64,000 bases of DNA from Eledone cirrhosa (Eukaryota), in the NCBI GenBank assembly GCA_964016885.1, contig OZ024740.1, forward strand, positions 119,784,001-119,848,000. Direction: 5' to 3'. The number at the start of each line of letters is the position of its first letter. The stretch's first letter is position 1. Below the pieces are notes generated by a model that was given only the letters and a program-made list of their open reading frames with translations, was not told the DNA's origin and made no database searches. The position numbers and the translations under genes were made by a program. Shown piece by piece: positions 1-12,557 of this stretch.

Positions 1-61
1 ATAATAACTTGTGTGTTACACCTCTATTCTTTTAACTATATATATATATATATATATATAT

Positions 62-116
62 TACTCTTTTACTCTTTTACCTGTTTCAGCCATCCGGCTG
101 AGGCCATGCTGGGGCA
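62..116 (-). mobile_element. 3' tail fragment of OK-like octopus SINE
   Basis: Reverse complement reads ...ccagcatggcctcagccggatggctgaaacaggtaaaagagtaaaagagta, resembling the recalled octopus SINE 3' end; abuts (TA)n. Confidence 0.55.
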
Positions 117-297
117 TATTTTTTTTTCGGAATGTATTGACTGCTGTTTCTTGTAAACAGACATTCGTCTCATTCTGACGTCACTAGCTATGTTCTCCAT
201 GTGTGTTTATTTTCATAATTCCACACGAGGTGCACTAGCCTGCTTTTAAATTCCCTTTCTGTCATATTTTAGTAGTAGTATTGGTTATCGTGTTTGA

Positions 298-378
298 GCT
301 CTACTGATGAACGACTCCAACCGTGACTAACCCCACTGAAAGGTTTCGTGAAATAGTCTTTTTAAGACTATATAGAGC
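298..378 (+). ncRNA. Type I hammerhead ribozyme, canonical core
   Basis: Stem I gctcta(298-303)/tagagc(373-378); CTGATGA 304-310; stem II acga(311-314)/tcgt(346-349); GAAA 350-353; stem III tagtctt/aagacta with ttt loop; cleavage triplet ATA ending at 372. Confidence 0.88.
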
Positions 379-608
379 ATTTGTAGTTTTTCCAAATTGA
401 ATAATTTTATTCTGAGTTAAGACTCTATTGGTTTTTTCCCAGGATTTCACAAAATCTGTGGATAAAATTTCTGTCTTGACTTTTTTTTTAATTGAGCTGG
501 AATTATTTTCCCATATCTTACGTTAAATATTTTCCCTCTTCACGTTATAGTCACTTAAATATTATGAAATACTGTTGGCTTCTTGGTCACATTAATTTCT
601 CTATTTTC

Positions 609-612
<4 letters not shown>

Positions 613-680
<68 letters not shown>

Positions 681-703
681 ATATATAAATATATATATAT
701 ATA
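613..703. repeat. (TA)n microsatellite
   Basis: Direct reading; source of the spurious IYIY ORF 492-716. Confidence 0.95.
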
Positions 704-929
704 TTTATTAAAATAACAGATTAAAGTTTAAGCGGATCTTCTGAAACTAAAAAAATCCCGTTAAGTGTGAAATCAGCGATTCTTTGCTTAAACTTTAATC
801 TATTAATTTAATAAATATTTGCCCTAGTGTTCTTATATATTTGATATATATTTATCCTTATTGAGCCCTCTTTGGATTTTAGTCTTCAGATTTATTATTA
901 TTACTATATATATATATATATATATATAA

Positions 930-1450
930 CAAACCCATGACTTCCAAATATCTGATCCACCGAAACTCAACTGATTCGGATCACACCAAAATCAACATAC
1001 GGATTGCAGATTTGGTATGGGTGATGAGAAACGTTCCCCGCATGTGCAACCCCAAAGAACTAGGTAGACACATACAACACTTCATCCACCGTATGCAGTT
1101 CTCTGGTTACAATCAGAGTGATAAAATAAGAGTATATAGAGGAGCCAGAACCAAATGGGAAAAAATGGTAAATAATGATACAAATGGGACCTGCCCCTTG
1201 TATAGGAGCAAATTTTGGAATAGAATAGAAAGAACTAGGAATAAGGTTAATAGAATAAACTCATTGTATGATAGCAATAAATACCAGAGTGTAATGTTCA
1301 TCAATACAGCCCTAGAGGTGAATTAGCTTACAAAATTAGAAGGGCCCTAGATAAACGTAAACTTAATATTAAGATAGTAGAAAGACCAGGTACCTCCATA
1401 AAAACACTTATTAGCAATACATACCCTTTTCAAAGACCTCCCTGTATAGA
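930..1450 (+). mobile_element. Penelope-like element fragment (post-RT thumb/linker region)
   Basis: ORF 937-1326 KPMTSKYLIHRNS...KINI...MRN...FIHRMQFSGY resembles the PLE region following the RT core; 5' end fused to (TA)n; followed by a ribozyme-bearing pLTR. Confidence 0.65.
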
Positions 1451-1469
1451 TACAGACACCTGGATGTAA

Positions 1470-1755
1470 CACATGTGCAAACTAAGTACACAACACACAC
1501 AGAAACAAGATGGCGTAGGACAGAACAAAGGAGAGGCACAAAACAAAGAAAAGAATACCCAGTCACTGAAGAGGTCACAGAATGTGTGACGAAAGAACTT
1601 TGACAATATATGAACAACCGTCCGGTTATGGAACCAACCAACCGGAAATTTATAAATTCTTAAATTTATAAATTTAATTTATAATAAATTGGAGTGAATG
1701 CAACTGGTGCGTGTGTTTCTTATTGACAACATGACCCTCCCAAAGTATAACAATA
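1470..1755 (+). repeat. PLE pseudo-LTR-like repeat (second copy inverted at ~16857-17110)
   Basis: Clear reverse-complement homology to 16857-17110; contains a minimal hammerhead. Confidence 0.7.
1562..1604 (+). ncRNA. Minimal type I hammerhead ribozyme (PLE-type)
   Basis: gtca CTGAAGA g gtcaca-gaatg-tgtgac GAAA gaac TT tgac: stem I, core with one extra nt after A9, 6-bp stem II, rudimentary stem III. Confidence 0.7.
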
Positions 1756-2599
1756 TCGGTTTCAACACACGTTTTCAGATAAAGAATCTTGCTAAACAAA
1801 TTCAGAAACGAAATATATATATATATATTTATATATATATCATTATCAACATTTAATGCCCAACTAGCAAGGGGCCGATGGGTAGTCACAGAGCACATTG
1901 GTGTTTAGTCAGAGCTACAGACCCCTCAGATGGGCTGAGGATGCTTCACATATCACATATGTTCTGTCACTCTATTGAGTGCATTGGGCACATTTTACCA
2001 TGGCACCAGCTCTAGCAGGATTTTTTTGCCTTTGACATAGCTGAAGAGTCCTCTAAACAATTACAACTGGGTGCTCTTCTTATTACCAACCATTTTACAG
2101 CATGTACTGAGAACGGTTTATAGCACCAGCAGTGGAGAGACTGTTGTGTCATGACTACCTTTTTGGCATGGATTCTACTGCTAAAAGTGATATCTATCAC
2201 GAACTCCTTTAATAGGAAGATTCTTTTCATTGAATCAACTGAAAAGACTTCACTACACTATGGGGTGGGTGGAGGATTGAGCTAATTTAGGGGTGGCAAG
2301 TAGGATGATGTCCTGGTTAAGTGACAATCGATGCAAGGGAGAAGAGTGAATGACAAGAATGATATCATGGGTATATAAGTGTGGCTGAGTTAACAAAGTG
2401 AGATGTGAGAGGGGCAGGGTGAGGAGGAGTGATTCTCAATAGAAGCAGGTACACCAATGCTGAGAGCAGTCACTAAAGATCTTTGTCTGGTGTGATGTGA
2501 TTTAAAAGGGGTAAGAGTGGGAGATACAGTAATCTTATAGCTAGTTATTAGGGAGCAATGGTTAAGGGGGCATGAATGGGCCAGATCACATTCACATTT

Positions 2600-3390
2600 T
2601 GTATAATGTTAGGCAAGTCTTCTCCAGTACTGTATGTTGCCAACCCATGTTGTTCTTTGTCACCTCTGTTATGATATTCAGCTTCTTTAGGTCAGTCTTC
2701 AATACCTCCTATCATTTCTCCCTTGATCTACCTCTTCTATGATTCCCTTTCACTAAGATTTCTCTGTATTTCTTTATGTAGTGGCCATGTCTATACCAAC
2801 ACAATATTTTCTCTTGCTCACTACACCCAATTCCTCTTATGCCAAGTTTTTCTCTTAACTCACTTATGCTGATCATTCATGTGCACTAACATTACACATC
2901 CAAATGTTCACTTCATTTCTTTCTAGCCTTTACAGATCTTCTGCAGTCAAAGTCTATGCCTTCCTTTATAGCTTTGCAGTTCACATATAGGCCTCATACA
3001 GTACATATATGTATATATACTAAAGATATATCCATATATACACAAGTATAGACATACATATGAGGGAGTTAATTGATTATAGGTTGCTGATTCATGCTAA
3101 CTTTACACATCTATTGGAGCATACTCACTTCATTTTTTCCTACCCTTTGCATGCCTTCTGCAGTCAAGGCCCATGTTTCACTGGCATGTAGCATTGCAGT
3201 TTAGATTTTACCCTTCTTTCTGAGAGAGAGGTCCTTTTTTGTCAGCAGGGGTACCAACTCCCTAAACCTCTTCCAGCTTGTTCTTATGCTAATTATCACA
3301 CTTTCAGAGCATCCTACTCAACTACTGTTTAGGTCATCTATGTAACAAAAGCTGTCAACAACTAAGGAGCTTCCTTGGCAATTGAGGTTA
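2600..3390 (-). mobile_element. Decayed RTE LINE 3' fragments
   Basis: Minus strand retains remnants of VDSFCY, GWKRFRELVPLL and ETWALT, homologous to the intact copies in this window. Confidence 0.7.
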
Positions 3391-6300
3391 TAGACAAGTC
3401 AGATCAGATTGATGTGTCTTGCTCAATACAGAACTGTTTCTGGCATGATTTCTATAGCTAGATGCCTTTCCTAATGCCAACCCCATTTACAGTGTGGGCT
3501 AGGTGCATTTTTTGATGCAACCAAAATGACCACTTTAAAGTGTGGAATTGGCACCTCCTGTCATATCCCCAATGTGATCACCTTACAGGATGGACAGGGG
3601 CGTATTTATCTTGTCACAAGTATGACCACCTTTCAGGGAGGGATCAGTGCTCTTTTGACAGATTACAGGAAGGACTAAATTCTTTTTTGTCATAACATAA
3701 ACATAAGCACCTTATATAATGGACTAGAAGCTTTTGTTGTGTTACCAGCAGCACCACCTCACAGGGCTTTTAACCATTTCAGCAGCATTGTGGGAGAGTA
3801 TTTTCAGCTTTCCATGCTTATATACATGGGTTGGTCAAGAGAAGTGCATCAGATGTGGAAAGTGGGGATAGGTATGTGTGCATGTAGATTGGAGAAATAA
3901 GTCTAGGGTGAGATAATTAGATGGTGAAGAGGTGGAGTGTTAAGGCTTTGGGAGGAGTATCAAAAGGGAAGGAGAGTGGTGGTGCATACTAGAGCCCACT
4001 AGATGTTGCTTCATCTTATGCACATAATAAGGCTGATCTGCAATACTGCATAACATCAGAGATCTTCATCCTGGGTCATCCCTTTTGGGAGGAGCTATTG
4101 TTTGAGGTCAGTTTTTATCACATATATACTTAAACATTTATATATATATATACACACACACATTCTCATTTTTTACCAGACACATCTCCAAATTTGTATG
4201 TGTGTGTTTTAATATGCATATATACCTGCGTATGAAGAATATATGTCAATTTTTAAGAATAAAAGAGCATGTACATACGTGCTAAATGTGTGTGCATGTG
4301 TATGGGTATCTATCCATATTTGAATGAACACCTGTCAGTATGTATTTGAACCTGTTTGTATGCTTGTGTGCCAAGTGTTATTTTTTTTTTCAGCAATATC
4401 TGATTGGCATTAAAATTTGGAAAATTTTTAAATTAGAAATTAGTAAATGCATAAAAATATATTTGAAGATGGTGTCTTTGTTTTATTTTCTTTTCTTACT
4501 AGCTGTAATTGAAATGAGATATCTGCATCATTAATCACAAAAGAGTTGATTGCTGCAGGATAATCGGTCACATATTTATTCATTATTACTGTGCATACAT
4601 TTTTATATTTTGTGGATGACTGGTGGTTATAATTAACTTATGTGTTACATGCCTGGTGAATCTAACTGCTTACCCTCTTGATACTAACCCAGTGATATCT
4701 GGCTCTGGTTCTATGAAATGAAAGCATCAATTTTAAATGGTTCTTATTTAAAAGAGAATATTCCAACTTAATTTAACACAAGAACCATATGTTATGTTAC
4801 TATCCAAGTAAAGAAATAATTAAAGATTTTACTAAATACCTCAAAATTCTTCATTAATTACTTGAATTTTAATTAAAGAGTATTTCTTTAGAAATACAGT
4901 CACAGAAGTTTTTTTTCTACATAGATCATGTCTGTAGCTAATATCTTTGTTATATATTTGATGTGACTGTATCTGGTCAGTTTCTTACATATCTTGTAAC
5001 TTGTGATGGATAACTGTGACTGGCCTATTGTTACATGTCTAACTTTATAGTTAAATATCTTGTGGTTGTGATTGGCTTCATTGTTACATATCTAATGACT
5101 GAGGATGGTCTGTTTCTTACATGACTGTGAATGATCAATATTTTACGTGTCTAATGATTGTGATTGACCTGTTTGTTAGCTATCTGGTGAAAGTGAGCCG
5201 AGACACTAGATAAGATGGTAATGAGAACAGACAGTAGATGGTGGAAGTGGTGGGGAGATGTGGACTGTAGAGAGAGAGAGAGAGAGTGAAAGAGAGAGAC
5301 AGAGAGAGTGGGAGAGAGAGAAAGAGAGAGAGAGAAATAGAGGGTTGTGGGCATGTGTGAGTAGCTTAATGATATCTGCTTTAATTAACAAGCTCCCCCA
5401 GTGATGAAAGGCAATATTACTCCCAGTAGTATGTCGATACAGATGTGTCTGTCCAGATCTTTATAATTTCAGCCTAAAACTATAATAAATGTCAGTTTGC
5501 TGAATTAACAGATTTAGTGGAAAGGTGGACAAAATGACATGTACTATTTAGTTACATCATCATCATCATAATCTGTTTAACATCCATTTTTCCACGATAG
5601 AATAGGTTTGATGAGTTGTCCCATTGGGGCATCAGTCAAATCAGATGATTGTGTTTTGCTCATACAGAACTGTTTCTGGCTTGGTTTCTATGGTTAGATG
5701 CCCTACTTAACGACATCCACAGTGTAGACAAGGTCCATTTTATTGTGACATCAAAATGACCCCTTTAGAGTATGGACTGTGTGCTTCTTATTATAATACC
5801 AACATTACCACTTTACAGTGTAGACTAGATGCCTTTTGTCTTGTCACCAACACGACTACTTTACTGAGCAGTCTGGGTGCCTCCCACCTTACACCTCTCT
5901 ACATCTCTTTTCAGAGTCAATAAAATAAATATTAGTGTAATAGTAGGGTGAATATAACTGATGATACCAATCATGGATTGGTAGAGTCAGGGAAATGTTA
6001 TCTAACATAGCTCTCTTTACTTTCAGTTCAATTATACCTAAGTTCATTTTCACCTTCACCGTTTTGGAATCAATAGAATAAAAGAACAAATCCATGGAAG
6101 AAAATTAGTAGAACTGTTAGAGCATCAAATGAGATTCATAGCAGTACCCATTTTAGAATTATTCATTCAAAGTCCAAATTCCATCTAGGGATACAAATCC
6201 CACCAATAGCCTGGACATGAGTTAACTGGCCTTAACTGATTATGAAAGCTGATATATGAGGTACAGGATAGTGATCCTCTGCTACTGTAGCTTAATGATG

Positions 6301-6639
6301 ATGGTGACCTACTCTACGAAATATATAGCTTTCAGACTATGTTATGTTAAATGCCTGTCAATGATCTATACATTTTGACATTTATCTAAATATCCATATT
6401 TTTCATAATTAGCTAACTTTCATTATATAAAAATTATCTGATCTTTTGTAACCTTGCAACTTTAATTATAATTAATTAGTTCACACTACATTTATGGAAT
6501 ATATTTTGAATTTTAATTACATATAATTCCTCTAAACTTCCTTACTACAGCAAATTTTCACATCTGTGTTTATATGAGAAATTGTACCATTTCATATAAA
6601 GCTATCACAATATTCATTGCCTTGAAAAATACAAAGCCA

Positions 6640-7170
6640 AAGTCAAACTAAAAACAGAATGGCAAACATTCAGAGAGCTACTATTTGGCAACAAAGGGAT
6701 TATATGATGCTTGCATACAAAGTTTGACTTCTGCATGGTAGTAAGTCATAGGCATTGAATTTAGAGGATGCGTGAAGGTTAGAATGAAATGAGGCTAATG
6801 TGCTCTGCTGGATAAGTAAATGTTAGTGAACATGAACCATGAATGAATAGAAAAGAATACTGGGTGACAGAATATTAGAATGCTGTGTGTAGGATTACAC
6901 TGGAATGACCATATGATGCATTTGAATGATAATTGTTTGGTGAAGAAGTGCCAGGAGTTTCAAGTTGACAGAAGCAGAAGGGGAAGACTGAGAAAGAACT
7001 GGGCAGAAGTGATGAGTGCTGATCTCAGAATGCTGAACTTCACAGAGAAGATGACAAAGGAATGTGACATATGGAAGAAAGCTGTGCTGGAGATGATCCA
7101 TCGAGACAATGCAAGCATGGAAAAGTAGACATATAAATGATGATGACATTTATGAGGATGATGATGATGA
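6640..7170 (+). mobile_element. Decayed RTE LINE 3' end
   Basis: ORF 6880-7128 KKCQEFQVDRSRRGRLRKNWAEV; ends in gcatggaaaagtagac...(ATG)n tail. Confidence 0.8.
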
Positions 7171-7715
7171 TCAGTTTCAACATGTGTGTAGGAGATCAAT
7201 GGATAATCAAGATGAAACAGTTAGCAATTTATATTCTGTCCTCACTTAATATTTTTTCTTTATTCATCCCTCAAATGGACAAGTTCACTAAGCTATAGAT
7301 AGATAAATAATAGATTTCTGTTAGTTTTGATAATGCGTATTCAGATGTTTGACCAACTGAACTACTGGCTCATGGACTTAGCATACAAGTAGTTGAGTAT
7401 CACAGACATATGTACTGTTTCAGGCAGAATCCATATGATAGAATGTGTGATGTGTTTTGAATTACAGGTACAATCCAAGTGATGGGTTTCAGTACAGATT
7501 CTGATAAACCAATATCATTCACAAAGCTTGTATGTATCAATCTGATGCTATGGTAAAAAGAAAAAAGTAGGAAAAATATTTTCAAAAAATTAAATGAAGG
7601 ACCTTAAGATTATGAAGCAAACTTCTTCACCACGCAGCCATACCTGTTGTATAAAATATATAGTTGTATATAACTACACATATTCTCATATGTATGTATA
7701 AATATATATATATCA

Positions 7716-9560
7716 ACATCATCATTTTAACGTCCGCTTTCATTGTTACCAAGAGTTGGAGGGTCTACATAGACTGAGTCAGTACTGAAGCAGAGCCACT
7801 GATCTCTCAGACAGGAAGGGGTATTTGTCTCACTTATGTATGGTCTCACATTCCACTGAATGCTCAGGAGAGGTTATCATGTCTTTGACACAACTGAAGG
7901 TTCTCCCAACACTTTGTTTGGCAAGATTTCTATGGTTCGATGCCCTTCCTACCACCAACCACTTAGCATATACTGGGTGTGTTTATCATTAACATCACCA
8001 ACACTAGGGAGTTTGTTATGTTCTTGACATGACTGAGGAGTACTTCCAGCCCTTTGTTTGTAAAGCTTTCTGTGGGTAGATGTCCTTTCTATCACCAACC
8101 CCTTTACAGTGTGAACTGGGTATATTTATGCTGTAGGTTACCAAACACTAAAGGGGTTAACTTGTCCTTGACATAACAAAAGGGTCCTCTCAACCCTTTT
8201 TCAGGTAAGCTGTCTATGGCTGGTTGCCCTTCCTATCAACAACCACTTCACGGAGGTGACATCTTCTAGGAATGTGTGAGGGGAGCATAGTGGGATGAGG
8301 GCGTGTGCAGTAGTGCTGCAGGTTGAGTCTTCTTCAACTGCACATAGTGGTAGCCCTCATGGTCTTTAGTCATTTCTGCTGTGAGGTTTTTAAGGTCGGT
8401 CTTCACAACCTCATCCAATTTCTTTTTGGGTTTATCTCTTCTACAGGTACCAGCCATTGGGATTTTTCTGCATTTCTTCATGCTGCTTCTATCTTCCATG
8501 TGCATTGTATGTCTATACCAACACAGTATTCTCTCTCTTGCACACTACATCCAATTCCTCTTATACAAAGATTTTCACTCAGTCTACTTATGCTATGTTA
8601 CTCATGCACACTAACTTTAAACATCAATTGGTGCATACACAACTCATTTTTTCTAGCCTCTGCAGGTATTCTACAGTCAAAGCCTATGTTTCATTAACAT
8701 GTAGCACTGCAGTTCACACGCAGACATCATACAATCTACTCTTCATTCTAAGAGAAAAGCATTTTGTTGTTATCAGAGGTAAAAGATCTCTAAATGTTTT
8801 CCAGCCTGTTCTTATCCTAGATATCATATTTTCAGCACATCCTACCCAACTACTAATTTGATTGCCTAGGTTGCAAAAGCTGTCAACAACTTCTAGAGAA
8901 CTCCCTTGGCAGCCGAGGGAAGCTATTTCATATGTGCTCTTTGTGGTCACTTACCCTGTGCATCTGCTGCATATAAAATCCATCTTTTATGTTAGCGTAC
9001 CCATAATCCCACAACTTCTCTTGGGCATCCATGTTACACTTTGTACACCTTATGGAATTTCTACCCACCCTTTTCTGACATATCAAACAAGGCCAATTTC
9101 CTCATGGTATTACCTTTCTGTGTTCTTTTCTACTTCTGAAAACTTTCATGTTTGCTATATTTTCTGTAAGGCCTTTCAACTCTAAGTTCATCATCCACGC
9201 TTGAATTTTTATTTCTAACTCTCCTACCTTTTCAGCTATGAGGACTAGGTTGTAAGCATATCGGAGCTTCTGTGGAGTACCGGTTTTGGCTTGAAGTACA
9301 TTGATAAACAGGAAGGGACTGAGGACTGATCCCTAGTGGACACCTACCAGCACTTGAAATTCATCACTGTACTCATAGCCAAAGCTCACTGTGCTGGTTG
9401 CTCCTCTTTACATGGCCTGTACAACCCTCGCAAGCCATTTGTCTACACCTAGCTTTCCAAGTGCCTACCATATTATAGAGCATGGGGCCCTGTCAAAGGC
9501 CTTCTCCAAATCTACAAATGCTAGATACAGTGGGTTATTCTTAGCTAAACACCTCTCTGG
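7716..9560 (-). mobile_element. Decayed RTE LINE, RT to 3' UTR
   Basis: LAFVDLEKAFDR near 9490-9530, VVDSFCNLG...GWKTFRDLLPL (ORF 8714-8950), C-terminus in ORF 8266-8505, repeat-containing 3' UTR and (CAT)n tail at ~7716. Confidence 0.8.
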
Positions 9561-9778
9561 TGAATGTTTTGCCAGAAAGGATCTCTTAGTTCATTGGTGA
9601 GAGCACCTAGCCAGTATCAGGGAGATACAGAGATCAACCCTTCATAGCGGTCGCTGACAGCATTTTTCCATCTACAAGATTTGTTACTTGATTTTCATAA
9701 GCTATTTCATAGCAACTGATTGTAAATGCAATTATTTGCACCAGAGCTCCCTATATCTTCTTTTATATATATATCTAT

Positions 9779-11908
9779 ATACTTAGCTAGAAGGGAAGCA
9801 GAGGATAGAAGTATACTTAGCTAGAAGGGAAGCAGAGGATAGAAAATTCAAGCATGTTTTACAATGTGAGGACCAGAAACAAGAGGTATTCAAGATTGTG
9901 AGGCAGTGTGTCAGAGAGAATTGTGATGTCATTGGAGAAAAGTGTATCCGGAATGATAAAGGTGAGCTTGCCCTCACAAGTACCGAGAAGAAAGATGCGT
10001 GGAAGAGCCATTACGAAAGATTACTAAACGAGGTAAAAAGAGACCCTAATCCAAGTGGACCCTATAGAGGGGCCAGCAGTACAAGTCAGCAGCAGCGTAG
10101 TAAGTAAGGCAATCAAAGATATGAAGACGGGGAAGGCAACTAGTCCATGTGGTATAGCTGCCGTGATGCTGAAGGCATCAGGGTCAGTAGGTCACACCCT
10201 AATCACACGTATTGTTAACCAGGAAATACTAGAGGGTCTCATACCAAAGGATTGGTGCAGAAGCATCATTGTCAACTGCTACAAGATGATGCACTAGATA
10301 GAGGAAACTATAGACGTATAAAGCTGATGGACCAGGTTATGAAAGTAATGGAAAGAGTTATAGCACAGTTGATTAGAGACCGGGTAAAACTAGATGAGAT
10401 GCAATTTGGATTTGTGCCAGGTAGAGGCACCACTGATGCCCTCTTCCTTGTGTGGCAGTTACAGGAAAAGTACCTAGCTAAAAGTAAGCCGCTCTACCTG
10501 GCATTCGTCAATCTGGAAAAAGCCTTTGACAGAGTCCCCAGTGCTATAATCTGGTGGGCTCTTAGAAAACTAGGAGTAGATGTATGGCTTGTGAAAGCTG
10601 TACAAGCCATGTATAGGGGAGCAGTCAGCAAAGTTAGGGTTAGCAATGACTATAGCAAGGAATTTTGCATACAGGCCGGTGTCCACCAGGGCTCTGTTCT
10701 TAGCCCTCTCCTGTTCATTATAGTTTTGCAGGCAATAATAGAGGAGTTTATGACCAGATGCCCATGAGAACTCCTATATGTGAACCATCTCGCACTTATA
10801 GCTGAATCTAAGGTGAAACTATAGAAGAAATTCCAAACATGGAAGCTGGGACTAAAAAGAAAGGGTCTCAAAGTCAACCTGACAAAGACTAAGGTCCTCG
10901 TAAGTAGACGAGAAAACAGAACCCAGATCCCCTCAGGGAAATGGCCTTGCTCAGTATGTAGGAAAAGTGTAGGTAGGAATTCTATCCTCTGCCCAAATGC
11001 AAACAATGCATACACAAGAGATGTATTGGGATCTCAGGTAGCTTAACTAAGAACGTAGGATTCACATGTAGCAGCTGTGCTGGGACAGCAAGCAGCAAAT
11101 GGCCACAGGAAGCAAGCACCACCAAACTCTGGGAGGTCTCTGTAGAAACAGTAGACAGCTTCTTCTACCTAGGTGACCAAATTAGCAGCGGAGGTGGGTG
11201 TTTGGAAAGTACAATAACTAGGGTAAGAACGGGATGGAAGAAGTTCAGGGAGCTATTGCCACTGCTAGCTGCAAAAGGCTTTTCCCTCAAAATGAAAGGC
11301 AGACTGTATGATACGTGTATACAAACAGCAATGTTACATGGTAGTGAAACCTGGGTGCTGTCTGTTGAAGACTTGCGTAGATTAGAAAGGAATGAAGCTT
11401 GCATGTTCCGATGGATGTGTAATAGTAATATATGCAAACGGCAAAGCATAAACGAATTGAGAGAGACACTGAGCATAAGAGGAATCAAATGCTATGTGCA
11501 GGAGAGGAGGTTGCGTTGGTATGGACATGTGATGCATATGAAGGATGACAGCTGCATAAAAAGGTGCAGAGCACTAGAAGTCGATGGAAGCCGCAGGGGG
11601 CAGAGACCCAAGAAGACCTGGGATGAGGTGATAAAAGCCGACCCTACCCAATTGCACCTCTCAAAGGCGATGACACACAACTGTGACCTCTGGCGTCACA
11701 CAGTAATACAGAAGGCCCGACTCCCCATGAAGCATATAGACAATATGCCCCCAAAACCTCCCACTGCAAAGTGGTCTTGGAGGTGCCACGGCAAAAAGCA
11801 CCCAGCCCACACTGTAAAGTGTTCGTGTAGGTGCCACGGAAAAAAAGCACCCAGCACTCACTATAAATGAGTTTGGTGTTGGGAAGGGTATGCAGCTGTA
11901 GAAATCAA
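9779..11908 (+). mobile_element. 5'-truncated RTE LINE (frameshifted RT)
   Basis: ORFs 9898-10107, 10055-10297, 10252-10767 (QFGFVPGRGTTDA, LAFVNLEKAFDRV, GVHQGSVLSPLLF) and 11202-11870; ~33-bp tandem duplication at the 5' junction. Confidence 0.92.
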
Positions 11909-12518
11909 GGATAGAGATTTATATATTTATATATATATATATATCATCATCATCATCATGTTATATATATATATAACAGTGTTGCTATTATTGGGTATAT
12001 ACTTAACCAGCGGGTTTAAAGCACAATGCAGTAGGGTTCATGCAGAGCTGATATATAACCTCTTTCTTCTTAAGAAAATTCTAAGATTCTGATCATATAA
12101 TCTAATATCCTCGGGATAAATCTCTATCCGTTGAAACGTGTTAGTTTGATAACATATTGACTCTTTGGTGTTTATTATTCTTTATATAAATATGTGTGTG
12201 TGTGTAAATATAGGTCCATTTTCGCTTATAGACACAACTCATCTTCACAATTTCTTTAATCTATCTTTACTATTGCACACATGTGCTCATCCATGCTTCT
12301 GCACTTCTAGCCACTGCCACCCCTACTTTATCTGCCATTTCATGCACACACATATTCACTCCTTGAGTTTCCTACAGCTCTGTTAGTCAGAAACCCACCC
12401 ACTCACAGCTTTGTATAGACTAACAACAATCATGCACACACCTCTACACATACAAACACAACTCTGTGTGGACCAAACACACACCCACATTTGCTCTCTC
12501 AAACAGTTAGAGATGATG

Positions 12519-12557
<39 letters not shown>

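Noticed and set aside
12095-12165. Hammerhead-like stem II + GAAA + stem III
   Set aside because: No CUGANGA or UUGANAA core; at best a dead remnant
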